Origin: Diplonema japonicum | Taxonomy: Eukaryota > Protista > Euglenozoa: Diplonemea | Assembly: GCA_964019335.1 (NCBI GenBank) | Contig: OZ025663.1 | Coordinates: 620,001-684,000, forward strand | Length of the DNA: 64,000 nucleotides | Reading direction: 5' to 3' | Shown here: positions 35,075 through 45,843 of the stretch, in pieces | Layout: every line of letters begins with the position of its first letter | How positions within the stretch are numbered: position 1 is the first letter of the stretch | The notes under the pieces: generated by a model | Seen by the model: only the letters and a program-made list of their open reading frames with translations | Databases searched by the model: none | Told to the model about the DNA's origin: nothing | Program-made: the position numbers and the translations under genes

Positions 35075-35704
35075 ATGACAGTATCAGTTGTGGACTCGCG
35101 CCAGACGTTTGAAGAGTTGCTGAAAGAGACCCCTAATGCGTGTGTGCATTTCGCGGCAGATTGGTGTGAGCCGAGCAAGGCTCTGCACAATGAGATGAAC
35201 ACGTGGAGCTACCCCAAGGTGAGATTGGTTACGGCGATGGCAGAGAAGATGGAAGATGTGTGTGAAGAGATGGGGGTTGAAACGGTTCCTTACATCGTGT
35301 TTTTCAAGGACGGGAAAAAGGTGGAAGCAGTTACAGGGGCGAAGGTAGACACCCTCAAGGGGAAGCTCGAAAGCCTGTATGAGACCTCTGAGGTCATCGA
35401 CATTGAGAAGCGCATGAAAGGCCTGATCAACCGTTCAAAGATCATGCTCTTCATGAAGGGCTGCCCCAGCGCTCCGCGATGCGGGTTCTCTCGCACTATC
35501 ATTGACATCCTCCAAGAGGAGGGCCTCCCTTTCGACACCTTCGATATCCTTACAGACGAGGCCATCCGTCAGGGGCTCAAGGAATACTCGAAGTGGCCCA
35601 CTTTCCCCCAGCTCTATGTCGATGGTGACCTCGTAGGCGGCCTTGACATCATCAAGGAGCTCAAGGAAAACGACGAGCTACGTGATGCACTTGAAGGCAA
35701 CTGA
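35075..35704 (+). CDS. GLRX3: Thioredoxin-domain monothiol glutaredoxin (Grx3/4, PICOT type)
   Basis: N-terminal Trx fold with HFAADWCEPS. C-terminal LFMKG...PRCGFS...YSKWPTFPQLYVDGDLVGGLDI. Confidence 0.93.
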   Translation: MTVSVVDSRQTFEELLKETPNACVHFAADWCEPSKALHNEMNTWSYPKVRLVTAMAEKMEDVCEEMGVETVPYIVFFKDGKKVEAVTGAKVDTLKGKLESLYETSEVIDIEKRMKGLINRSKIMLFMKGCPSAPRCGFSRTIIDILQEEGLPFDTFDILTDEAIRQGLKEYSKWPTFPQLYVDGDLVGGLDIIKELKENDELRDALEGN

Positions 35705-35934
35705 TCTCCCCCCCCTTTTTTTTCTTCATAGTGTTTTTTTCTTGCCCCTTCCCCTTTTTTTTTTCTCAGTTTTTTCCTCTTCTTTTTTCTCCCTTTCAAG
35801 GGCCGTACCCCACCAGGGGGAGAAGAAAAAAGGTTGTTTTTTTTTTTCTTCTTTTCTTTTTCTTGGTTTTTTTTTTTTTTCCATCTAAGCCGCGGCCTCG
35901 TGATGGCAGCATTGATATCGGTAAGGTATTACAC

Positions 35935-38784
35935 ATGGAGGTCGAGGAGAGCAGGCAGCGTGGGGTGGTCGAGGCTGAACAAATGTTCGCCAGAGTAGGG
36001 ATCCTTGCGGAGTGGCAGACGGTGTGGGAGAAGAGGTGTCGGGAGAAGGACAACTCGAGCACGGGGAGTGATATCATGAAGCACAGGACCGAAACAGGCG
36101 TTCGTGAGGGAGGAGGGTTGGGCGAGGCGTTCATCACGGTGAGCTCGACAGGGCTACACAACTCCGTCTTCACACGCATTGGTGTGGAGTCCCCGTCAGC
36201 GAGGGCTTTCATCAAGCACAGCACCATCGCTACGCGGCTCGACACCTCGCACCACGTAGCTGTAACGAACGGGAACATCGTCACCTCGTCGACGCTGATA
36301 GGCACTCAGGAGCTAGAGGGGCGGAGCAGAATTCTAGTCGAAGAGTTACAGCAGCGTGACTTTACTTTTCATCTCCTACAAGCATACCCCCCTACAGTGC
36401 TGGCCGTGGAAGGCACTGCTTCGCTGCGCTCGTTGCTGCACACGAAGCTAGTCGAGATGGAATGGGTGATGCTGAGGTGCCACAAACAGTTCGGATTCAT
36501 CCTTTTGAACGAACATGAGGCCCTGCACCCACACTCACACGACAGCAGCTACGAAAGAGTGCGGACTATCAAACAGTGGGACGAAGACGCCCAAGAGTGC
36601 CACAACAAAGTGCTCAGCTGGGTGCTGAGTACAGTACAGATATGTAGCGCCTTAGAAAGCGGCAGGCGGCACACCCTGATGGCCAGCTTGGCTCATCGAA
36701 CTGAAGGACACCGCATTGCATCGAAAGAAGCTGTGCGCAGGGCGACCCTCGAGGTGGAGCAGGGTCACTGTTTCGCTGATCTCGAGCGCTACTCTTGGCA
36801 GTCATTTGAAGGTCTGCAGTGCATCGTCGAGTTTAGGAAACAGGCCTTGAAGTCACGCATGCAAATTGTACAGCAAGAGACTACCATTCGCAACAGTTGC
36901 TATGCAGTCTGCACAGCCATCGTTGCCACGTTGGTCCCCTGTGCTGACGGTGTCCTGCTGCAGCATGCAGAAGCTGTTCGCCGTTCGTACCTTCAGCACA
37001 AGTCACGCATCACTATTTCGCATGCCCTTGTGAGAGGCACAAGGAGCCACCACACGGCACTGCTATCTTCGTATGCCGCACCACTTCTGGCGGTCAGGAT
37101 GCAACACGAAGAATACGTGAGCTACTCAAACATGCTGATGGCGGTGTCGGGAGTCCAGCACAACGCATCTACTAGGACACTGGCAGAAGCAGAGGAGAGG
37201 GAATGGAAGGGAACCATGAAAGAAGAAAATAATGCAAGACGGAGATGCAGGGCGCTGGTTGCTGCACGGCGTGACTTCGAGGACTTCATGATGCGGGAGG
37301 CACTGCGGAGATGTCAGGCAGCGGTAGAAAGAGAGAGCGAGAGGATCAGAGAGGCTTCGGAAGAGGCCCTGAGGGAAGCTATCCAGCAGAAGGAGCGGAG
37401 GGAACGTAGAGTGCAAGTTGTCGTGTTTCTTGAGAATCTAGCTCGCCGCAAAAGACTCGCAGCTGGACGCGTCCCATCACCACCCCCAGCACCAGCGCGT
37501 CCCCGACCTTTGAGTTGTTCACTCCCAACGAGAAGTTCCTCTGTGCCCCCACAGCGATCTATCCTCTTTGCAGAACATCGAAATGAAATGATGCAAGAGT
37601 TCAGAGCAGAGCTGGCGAAAGTTAGCACCTGCTACCAGGGAATGCATGACAGCATCCAGCAAGCGAAGCAAGACTGCTTCTGGGAAGATGCACAACGGAA
37701 GCTTGAGAAAGAATGGATGATGGGCGCCCCTATGCGGAAGGCGGTGATGAACCAGGAGGTGTGTTGTCGCAAGAGGATTGCAAACGACTCCGTCTCGCAG
37801 TACAGGGTCATGTACACACAACACGACTACGAGCTTGCTCAGATTCACCCACCGCGCAGGATGATTAACGAGATGGTCGCAGCCTCACTGGCCAAGCCGC
37901 TCCCTGTGCAGGAGCCTTCTCCTGTCGATGCCAAGATCTGCGGTATGCTGTCGGTCCGCCGTAAGAATCGGTGCCCTCCGCCTCGCCCCGGTTTAGTACG
38001 CAGTCTACGCTCAAGGCCACAGAGGGAGATTCCCTCTGCTTTTGACAGTCTTTGGAAAGACCTTGAGTGGGCGCAGACCCTCAGCACAATATCCCGCTCG
38101 TGCAACAACGATGAGCAAAAAGCGCGCGGTGACATCCTGGAGTCAGAAGCGACCGACCGCCGGCTGGTGACCATGGTAAGGGAGAAAACGTTTGCACTGC
38201 TGACGACAGTCAGGGGGCTCAAGCGAGGGTCGCGGGTATACTCTTCAGCGTTACACCCGAGAAGGCTTTGCAGCGAGGAAGTGGATGTGTTCGTGTGCGA
38301 GGAGATCGTGATGCGAATCAGAGTGGAGAAGGAGTGGGCAGGACTGATAGGTGTGATGGGCAGTACCGAGAGGGAGGAACGACAAAAAGTTGAAGTGGCG
38401 GAACGCGAAAGGAGTGTAAAGAAACGGCTAGGGAAGTGGTGCAAAGATGAGGAAATGCGTGAACGACGGCGGCGGCACATCATAGCACGATTGAACTCAG
38501 CAGCCCTGGCCATCCAAAGGGCTTGGTTCAGGTACCGTGTCAGACACCGCGCCACGTCGACCATATGGACCCTAGCACGGTCGGAGGCAGCACTCCGACA
38601 CCGCATCAGCGAGGCACACAACTTCTCTTTCACATCCCTCTGTCTACACCTCGACACCCTTGCACGCGGCACCCGCCAACGCGAAACTCTCTTCAAAGCA
38701 GAATGGGTGGCGCGCAACCACAACCTCGACCTTGAGGCACGTTCCCGTGCCGTTCTTGTTTTCAGCCGTTTCCTTAAGCCTTAA
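35935..38784 (+). CDS. Hypothetical ~950-aa helical protein with one IQ-like motif
   Basis: Long uninterrupted ORF with coding-like composition; AALAIQRAWFRYRVRHR near the C-terminus. The ORF extension upstream of 35935 is low-complexity pyrimidine tract. Confidence 0.65.
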   Translation: MEVEESRQRGVVEAEQMFARVGILAEWQTVWEKRCREKDNSSTGSDIMKHRTETGVREGGGLGEAFITVSSTGLHNSVFTRIGVESPSARAFIKHSTIATRLDTSHHVAVTNGNIVTSSTLIGTQELEGRSRILVEELQQRDFTFHLLQAYPPTVLAVEGTASLRSLLHTKLVEMEWVMLRCHKQFGFILLNEHEALHPHSHDSSYERVRTIKQWDEDAQECHNKVLSWVLSTVQICSALESGRRHTLMASLAHRTEGHRIASKEAVRRATLEVEQGHCFADLERYSWQSFEGLQCIVEFRKQALKSRMQIVQQETTIRNSCYAVCTAIVATLVPCADGVLLQHAEAVRRSYLQHKSRITISHALVRGTRSHHTALLSSYAAPLLAVRMQHEEYVSYSNMLMAVSGVQHNASTRTLAEAEEREWKGTMKEENNARRRCRALVAARRDFEDFMMREALRRCQAAVERESERIREASEEALREAIQQKERRERRVQVVVFLENLARRKRLAAGRVPSPPPAPARPRPLSCSLPTRSSSVPPQRSILFAEHRNEMMQEFRAELAKVSTCYQGMHDSIQQAKQDCFWEDAQRKLEKEWMMGAPMRKAVMNQEVCCRKRIANDSVSQYRVMYTQHDYELAQIHPPRRMINEMVAASLAKPLPVQEPSPVDAKICGMLSVRRKNRCPPPRPGLVRSLRSRPQREIPSAFDSLWKDLEWAQTLSTISRSCNNDEQKARGDILESEATDRRLVTMVREKTFALLTTVRGLKRGSRVYSSALHPRRLCSEEVDVFVCEEIVMRIRVEKEWAGLIGVMGSTEREERQKVEVAERERSVKKRLGKWCKDEEMRERRRRHIIARLNSAALAIQRAWFRYRVRHRATSTIWTLARSEAALRHRISEAHNFSFTSLCLHLDTLARGTRQRETLFKAEWVARNHNLDLEARSRAVLVFSRFLKP

Positions 38785-38850
38785 GAATTATTTAATTGCG
38801 CCTTTTAAGCTGCCTCAAGCACTCACAACAGGTTAACATGCAAGTGTAAC

Positions 38851-39486
38851 ATGGACCGCAGGACCCTGTCCCCAACCAGAAAGCCCTCTGCAGTAAACTA
38901 TGCAAGGCTCATGTACGGTAAGGAAAGGCAGCAGCCGTCTGCTTATTTGATACCAGTTTCCAGAAGGAAAGCAGCAGTGTTTGAGAAGAAGAAACCGCCA
39001 CCGTGCTGGACTGGCGGAGATGTGTGCGTGTGTGGGGGTGCTGAGAGGTGTTGGCATAGAAGACAAGTCAGAATTGTGAAAACACCGACGGTGTTCGTGA
39101 ATACCGAAATGCAGACGAGTGAGGCTGGTGACGACCAGGGCAGCGTTGTGAGCGAGGCACCGCTTAGCCACGTGTCTCTGGTGAGCAACAGGTCAGAGGG
39201 CATACAGGTTCCGTCTAAAGCAGGCTCTGAAGTGATCACAATGCACTCGTCCGTGCACACAGCTCAGCCGCAGCCACGTGACGATGCAGAAGTACAGAGG
39301 CTGCGGGACCTTCTTGCACACCGCAATTCACAATACGCCCATCTACTCAACAGCATGCATGCCCCTGCCCCCACGATACAGCCACTGCCGCTGTCACAAC
39401 CAATGCCACTCCAGACAGTCAACAACCCCTGGCTCCACCCCCTGTCCCTCAGCAGGGACTACGTTGACCTGGTGGACCAGCGATAA
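38851..39486 (+). CDS. Hypothetical protein, 211 aa
   Basis: ATG shortly after a CAG acceptor-like site, same strand as neighbours, short coiled segment EVQRLRDLLAHRNSQY. No family recognised. Confidence 0.5.
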   Translation: MDRRTLSPTRKPSAVNYARLMYGKERQQPSAYLIPVSRRKAAVFEKKKPPPCWTGGDVCVCGGAERCWHRRQVRIVKTPTVFVNTEMQTSEAGDDQGSVVSEAPLSHVSLVSNRSEGIQVPSKAGSEVITMHSSVHTAQPQPRDDAEVQRLRDLLAHRNSQYAHLLNSMHAPAPTIQPLPLSQPMPLQTVNNPWLHPLSLSRDYVDLVDQR

Positions 39487-39565
39487 CCTTTGTAAATCTA
39501 GATCTTGTTTTTTTTTTATTAATAATTCTTCGTTGGAAATCAACTCATCCCATTTAGATTACACA

Positions 39566-40837
39566 ATGGGCCTGCACAATGCCCTACAGAGCAGCAGGAG
39601 CAACCTAAAGGTGGAAGGCAAGGTGATTAACGTGCAGAGGTCGAGGGACGAAAAGGGACACAGGGACTTGGTTGCAACAGTAGAAGGGGACGAGAAGGTG
39701 TACAAGAACGTAATCGATGTAAGGTTCAGAAAGGAGTGGGCGGATGCATGCGTCACGTTGGAAGAAGGCGACGAGGTGGCAGTTGAGAACTTCACGATCG
39801 AGACGACGCACTTGCTGAACAAGCCGTTTGAAGTTCTTGTAACGGACTGCTCGGAGGTGGTTATCCGCCGTGTGGAGACGAAGAGGATCACAGCAGCTAA
39901 CGTAGACACAGCGCACTTCAACGGGACACAGCAACACAAAGAGCCCCACAACCCCGCATCGATCGTTGCATGTGCACACAATCAATTCTCTAAGATAGGC
40001 AGACACTACGACACCATTCATGGCAACCGGCATCTGACGGACGCAGTGTCCTTCATGCTCTCGATCATTACCAGGGAGGGCAGGTGGAACGTGCTAGACC
40101 TGGGGTGCGGCACTGGGCTGTATCTCTTCTTCTTGAGATACTACGGTCTGAAGATGACCGGCGTCGACATCAGCACAGAGCTTCTCGACATAGCAAGGGA
40201 AAAGCTGAGGTTCCAGCTCGAGACAGAGCCCTCATGTAAATATGAGACAGTGCTCTTGCAGGGAGAGGCAACAGGCTTTGAAGTGAAAAAGGACGAAGAG
40301 AAGGAGGACGAAGGGAAGGAAGGGTGGAAGGGGTACGAGAGCTTCGATTGCGCACTGTGCATTGATGTGCTGGAGTACATGCCAGGACTGGAGGAAGTGA
40401 GGTTGGCACTCAGGAGATTGTGGTACCACTTGGAGGAAGGGGGTTTGCTTATTGCCAATGTGCCCAACGTGCACATTATAAAGAGCGAGCACACACAAAA
40501 CTACAGGCGGATACCAATTGAGAAGCGTGCGGTGATCTCTTCCATCGGCACAGACGAGGGGATCTTGGATTACATCACACGTACCTTTGCGCCAACAGCA
40601 GACGGCACGTACAAGGTGCACCACAATGGGCACGCAGTGCAGGCCACCGACACAGGGTCCCGGTACTTCACGTCTTTTGAGGAAACGACGACGCATCTTA
40701 TGATCAGCGGCAGTGCCTTTGAGAGCATCCTCAAAGAGGAAAGGTTTGTTGTAGAGGCCATGTATGGGGACATGGTGGGCGGGGAGTACCAGCCCAGGGT
40801 GAGCAAGACCAGGCTGTACATCCTGAAGCGGCACTGA
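39566..40837 (+). CDS. Class I SAM-dependent methyltransferase with N-terminal OB-fold-like domain
   Basis: Motif I VLDLGCGTG, GVDISTELLDIAREK, FDCALCIDVLEY, HLEEGGLLI. The N-terminal ~110 aa are beta-rich. Confidence 0.85.
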   Translation: MGLHNALQSSRSNLKVEGKVINVQRSRDEKGHRDLVATVEGDEKVYKNVIDVRFRKEWADACVTLEEGDEVAVENFTIETTHLLNKPFEVLVTDCSEVVIRRVETKRITAANVDTAHFNGTQQHKEPHNPASIVACAHNQFSKIGRHYDTIHGNRHLTDAVSFMLSIITREGRWNVLDLGCGTGLYLFFLRYYGLKMTGVDISTELLDIAREKLRFQLETEPSCKYETVLLQGEATGFEVKKDEEKEDEGKEGWKGYESFDCALCIDVLEYMPGLEEVRLALRRLWYHLEEGGLLIANVPNVHIIKSEHTQNYRRIPIEKRAVISSIGTDEGILDYITRTFAPTADGTYKVHHNGHAVQATDTGSRYFTSFEETTTHLMISGSAFESILKEERFVVEAMYGDMVGGEYQPRVSKTRLYILKRH

Positions 40838-40926
40838 CACGTCTTTACAGGCTTAACATAAGGTAATATTGTCTTTGTATTGTGTTGCGGTTACTCGAGG
40901 ATATCACCCTATTTTCAGGAGTTAAA

Positions 40927-41193
40927 ATGATAGGCCGCAGGGTGCTGCCGATGTTGACCCGCCAGATGGGTGGGCTGCGTGGACAGGCGTTTGTGACTGT
41001 GCCTTCCACAGTGTCGAGGGGCTCCTTCGTGACCCAGTCACGTGCTTATGGAGACAATGTCAGCATGCCCCTCGCTGAACTTGACGACGCCTGCAGTGCT
41101 GCTGTTTTGAGTGTGTTGGAGAGCCTCTCCTTCGCTATCCTGAACACCCCAAGCTTTAGAGGTCTTTCTTTGCGTGCGTCATTTTTGTTTTAA
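40927..41193 (+). CDS. Small protein (88 aa) with mitochondrial presequence-like N-terminus, paralog A
   Basis: MIGRRVLPMLTRQMGGLRGQAFVTVPSTVSRGSFVTQSRAYG is shared with the ORF at 41531, with several third-position differences; no acidic residues before RAYG. 3' end less certain. Confidence 0.65.
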   Translation: MIGRRVLPMLTRQMGGLRGQAFVTVPSTVSRGSFVTQSRAYGDNVSMPLAELDDACSAAVLSVLESLSFAILNTPSFRGLSLRASFLF

Positions 41194-41530
41194 CAATATT
41201 ATTGTCGAGACTAAAAACTAGTTGATGGCAGCGTAATGAGCTATTTTATTAGGTAAGATTCCGCTCGTGCGCACAAATGGGAATTTCTTTTTTTCAAACG
41301 GTGGTCGTTATGCTAATACTCCCTCCCAATTGTAATGATCTCCTTTTTTTTTTATTATAATCCCGCTGAGCCAGGCATTCCTTTTTAATTTTTGCGGGGG
41401 GGGGGGGGGGGGGGGGGGTGACCACAAAAGGTTTTTTCTCTTTTTTTTTTTGGGACAAGGTTTTTTTTTCTTCTTTTTTTATGGAAGGTTTCAAGGACAA
41501 CACCCAGGAAAGGGGGGGCAGATTAACCAA

Positions 41531-41803
41531 ATGATAGGCCGCAGGGTGCTGCCGATGATGACCCGCCCCATGGGCGGGCTGTGTGGACAGGTGTTCGTCA
41601 CGGTGCCAATGACAGTCTCGAGGGGTACCTTTGTGACCCAGTCGCGTGCTTACGGAGAGTCTCTCACTCCTGCTTCTGTGGTGGACATGGAGGCTGTGCT
41701 GGGCTTGGACGCTGATATGGTTGCTTCTGTTCTGACAACCATGACAAGCATGTCTCCAACATGTGCTCTATTCTCCCCTTGCAACACTGACCAGCGAGCG
41801 TAG
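41531..41803 (+). CDS. Small protein (90 aa) with mitochondrial presequence-like N-terminus, paralog B
   Basis: MIGRRVLPMMTRPMGGLCGQVFVTVPMTVSRGTFVTQSRAYG followed by a divergent acidic/hydrophobic half. Confidence 0.65.
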   Translation: MIGRRVLPMMTRPMGGLCGQVFVTVPMTVSRGTFVTQSRAYGESLTPASVVDMEAVLGLDADMVASVLTTMTSMSPTCALFSPCNTDQRA

Positions 41804-42099
41804 AAAACTAAGGTTGTTTTAGTGTATTTTACCCCCCCCCCCCTGTAAGTATCAATAAAAAAGGAGCTACTGATGTGGACAACAACAAACCCCCCCCACC
41901 ACCACCACCAACCCGTTTTTTTTTCCGACTTTTACAGATAACAAGCCTTATTTAGAGGGCCCCGGGGTTTTCTTTTGCCCCTTTTTCTTTTATATCCCCC
42001 CCCCTACCCCCCCGCGTATGATGAACGGGAGAACGAAAAAGTAACAGGAAGAAGGGGGGGGAGAAAAAAGGAAAGAGGGAAAAAAAGAAAAGGAGAAAA

Positions 42100-44623
42100 A
42101 TGGATGATTCAGAATACCCCGAAGCGGAAGACAAGGAAAGATTGGAGAGAGAATGGGACGATTTGAAGACCAACGGATTCAACACCCTGCTGACGGTTGT
42201 GGAGGGTGGGTACACAAAGCCTTTCGACCACACAACATGGATGCATTATTATACAAAGGTGTACAACCTGTGTACACACTGCAAGCTTGGCCCCGGTGAT
42301 CCGTCGAGCAAGGCGCCAACGGGGATACTGTACAAAAGGTTCGGGGAGGTGCTCACAGATTACCTCAAGGAGCGACGGATATCAACGGCTCAAAGTGGCG
42401 AAATGCTTTTGAAAGAGGTGGTCCAGAAATGGAAGAACCACAAGCTGATCGTGAAGTGGATGCAACGTCTCTTCGTCTACCTGGACCGGTACTACACCAA
42501 ACACAACAGCTGCGATCAGCTGACAGAGTTCGGGTTGAAATGCTTCTTCAACGAAATTTACTCCTCCATAAAAATAGACCTCCGTAACGCGATTTTCAAG
42601 CATATCCACCGGGAGAGGACGGGAGAGAACGTGGACAGAAGCCTACTCAAGGATGCGATTTCCCTTTTTGTGGAGATGGGCATGAGCTCTCTTAACGTGT
42701 ACAGCTCGGATTTTGAAAAACCATTTTTGAAGTTCACGGAAGAGTTCTACGAAAGGGAGGCTGCACAATGGGTGGCGGAAGACTCGGCGACAGAGTACAT
42801 GAAAAAAGCAGAGCAACGACTGGCAGAGGAAGCCCAGCGTGCTGCGGCGTACCTCCATCAAAACTCCGAGAAGGGCCTCACTGAAGCCGTTGAAAATAAG
42901 CTCCTTGCAGATCACCAGAGAACCCTCCTTGAAATGGAGAACTCAGGCTTCATCGCTCTTCTCAGGGACAACAGGCTGGATGACATCCACCGGACGTACC
43001 GGTTGTTCTCACGCATCTCAAAGGGGATCGACCCCATCGCCCGGCTCATGTACGAGTTCGTCACAAACGAAGGGAAGCAGATAGTGTCAAAGCACTCCAA
43101 CACGACGGACCTCTGCTTCAAGGCCTACACCAACGACCTCCTCGCGTTGCACACAAAATACAAGAAGATCCTTGCGGAGCAGCTTGACAACAACCCCACC
43201 TTCCAGAAGGCGGTCAAGGACGCTTTTGAAGCATTTGTCAATCAGCAGCTTCAGTGCATCGTCAAAGGCGCCGCACCACGCACACCCCCTGCCAAGGTAT
43301 CCCTAGTAGCACAACCGTAATCCCCCCCCCTCAGGTTTACTCGTCGGAGCTCATCGCCAACTACTGCGACATGCTTATGAAGAACGTGGTCGAGAAGATC
43401 GGCGATGACGAACTTGAAGACATCCTCGAGCAGGTCGTCGCTGTATTCGGGTACATCAGCGACAAGGACCTGTTCCAGGAGTTCTACAGGTCTGCAACAC
43501 CTTTTTTTCTTTGAATTGAGCCCTTCACCACACCTACACCTTGCAGGAAGCAGCTGTCGAAGCGTCTCCTCATGACCACCGTGAACGAAGACTCAGAGCG
43601 CAGCTTGATCTCGAAGCTCAAGATGCGGCAGGGAGCACCGTACACAAGCAAGCTGGAGGGCATGATCACCGACAAGAATGTGTCTCAGGATCTGCAGGCG
43701 AAGTTCAAGCAGTACCAGCTGGACAACGGCATCAGCTTTGGGTTCGATTACACGATGCAGGTGCTTACGATGGGATGCTGGCCTGCCTTCCCTATGCACA
43801 CATTGAAGCTTCCTGACCAGGTGGAGGGTGCAATGGAGAGGTTCCAGACGTTCTACGACTCGATTACACAGGTGTGCAAGAAAGAAGTACTTAATTTAAC
43901 CATACAGAGCCGCAAGCTGAAGTGGGTACACTCCTTGAGCACAGTGACGTTGGATGCGTTGTTCAACAAACAAAAGTTCCAGCTTCAGCTTTCGACTGCC
44001 TTCCAGGCGTGCGTGCTGCTCTTGTTCAACAACAGAGAAGTTCTGACAGGGGACGAGATTGCCAAGGAGCTGACGCTTCCTTGGGAGGAGGTCAAGAAGG
44101 CACTGCAATCACTTGCGATGGGGAAATACAGGCTACTGTTGAAGGACGTGGCTCCCGGAGCGAAGGTCTTGAAGACCGTTGACGAGACCGACACTTTTAG
44201 AGTGAACACGGGTTTCACAGACAAGTCAAGGAAGCTGAAAATCTCAACTGTGGTGGCGAAGGTCAACCTCAAGGCATCTGTGCAGGTATGGGGGAAGAAG
44301 GACCCACGCAATAAATAACTTTTTTAAAACCAGGTTCAGCAAACAGTGGAGGAAGACAGACGGCACGCCATCGAGGCGTGCGTGGTGAGGATTATGAAAA
44401 GCCGAAAGACAATGGAGCATCCCTTACTTGTATGGAAAGAAACAGAAGAAAAAAAAGAAGAAACACTCTCACACCATCCCAGATCGGGGAATGCATCTCC
44501 CAGCTGTCCAACCATTTCAAGCCAGACCCCCGCCATATCAAGAAGAGGATCGAAGACCTCATCCTCAGGGAGTACATCGAGAGGGACCCTGAGAAGACGA
44601 GTCTTTACCGATATGTGGCATAA
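42100..44623 (+). CDS. Cullin (CUL1-like), ~763 aa, 6 exons
   Basis: Introns 43297-43334, 43490-43546, 43872-43907, 44286-44333, 44430-44482. Motifs YTKVYNLC, DKDLFQEFYRKQLSKRLL, TSKLEGMITD, neddylation site IEACVVRIMKSRK, IKKRIEDLILREYIERD. Confidence 0.95.
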
Positions 44624-44945
44624 GTGAATAATAGGAAAGAAGCAGAAGGTCTTGTAATAAATGAGAAAGAGGGATACTACACAATTCTATGGTTACTTGA
44701 GAAGAAGGGGGATGGGAGGGGGGACACTGGTGTTAAAATAATTTGGGGGGGGATTAGAAAATAAGAAAATGAAAAAAAAGAAGAATAAAAAAAAAAAAGA
44801 AGCCTTCTTCCCCTTTTGTTGCATGACAATACGTGCGGTATTATTATTATTTTTTTTGTAGTGTTGTTCCCATCTTGCCTCGTCTTACTTTTTATGGGCT
44901 GCTGCCAAGGACACGAATAAGGATGAAGAGGCACTTTTTTTTTTC

Positions 44946-44994
44946 AAGTACAGCGCGGCCGGTGAGCGCAAAAACGCATACCTTAAAAGAATAG
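44946..44994. repeat. 49-bp dispersed repeat, copy 1
   Basis: AAGTACAGCGCGGCCGGTGAGCGCAAAAACGCATACCTTAAAAGAATAG, identical to 59685-59733, flanked on both sides by TTTTTTC. Confidence 0.9.
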
Positions 44995-45843
44995 TTTTTT
45001 CTCCTTCTTCTCTCCTGTCATCCATCTTTATGGCACCTGGGGCATTCCCCCCTTTTTTTTTTGTTGCCATTCATTGATGGGTTGCAAGCACTTCTACCTA
45101 CACAGTGAACGTCCTCGTTCACCAAACTTAGCGAAGAACAGGAAGAAAAAAAAAGAAAAAAGAGGGGGGGGTCACCCACCTAGATTTTGGTTTTCTGTAG
45201 TGTGCATTTACTTTTTTTTATAGCACCTCACATCTTTAGGTGCTCCTCCATCGTAGTGATTCTCCCCCCCCCCCCCACCAGCTTTCTTGTGCATACCATT
45301 TTCTAAAGCTCTTTTTTTATCCACGACACCAACGAGGAAGGTAGGTTTTGAAATAAAATTTCTGAGAAGATCTTTTTGTCTTTGCTTGTCTGGGGGGGGG
45401 GGGGGGGGGGGGGGTTGCATAGGTAGGTTGCTGAATCGCAGCCATACAAATGAAAGAAAAAAAAAAGAAAAAGATGAAACCTGCATTAAAGATTTAAGAA
45501 GAATGAAAAAAAGAGAGAGAAAAAAAACAACAACAACAAAGAAAAGAAAAAGAAGAATTCCACACCACCCCCCCCCCCCCCCCCCCCCCCTTGCCATAGA
45601 CTTGATTTACCCCCCCACATTTTTATTTCCCTTTCATTTCTCACCACTTTTTTATTCAAAATGCAACTTGAGCAAAAAAGAAAAAAGAAAAAAAGACAGA
45701 GGACCTTGTGTCTGAGCAAAAGTATTAAATTCTAAGTTAAACAACAATGGATCGCCTGAAATAAAGGGGGGGCAAAAAAATACAACAAAAAAAAGGGCCG
45801 GCTGTGCGGGTGGGGGGGGGGGGGGAGAAATCGAATTTATGAA

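Noticed and set aside
17723-35075. Poly-Phe and poly-Lys ORFs in intergenic regions
   Set aside because: Translations of T and A homopolymer tracts. Attempts to build spliced genes from the complex islands (e.g. MESRQLSP at 18764) hit stops.
44946-44994. Spliced-leader RNA gene or relic (minus strand contains AG-GTATGC and CTGTACTT)
   Set aside because: The order and context do not match the euglenozoan 39-nt leader followed by its donor site; only an 8-nt match.
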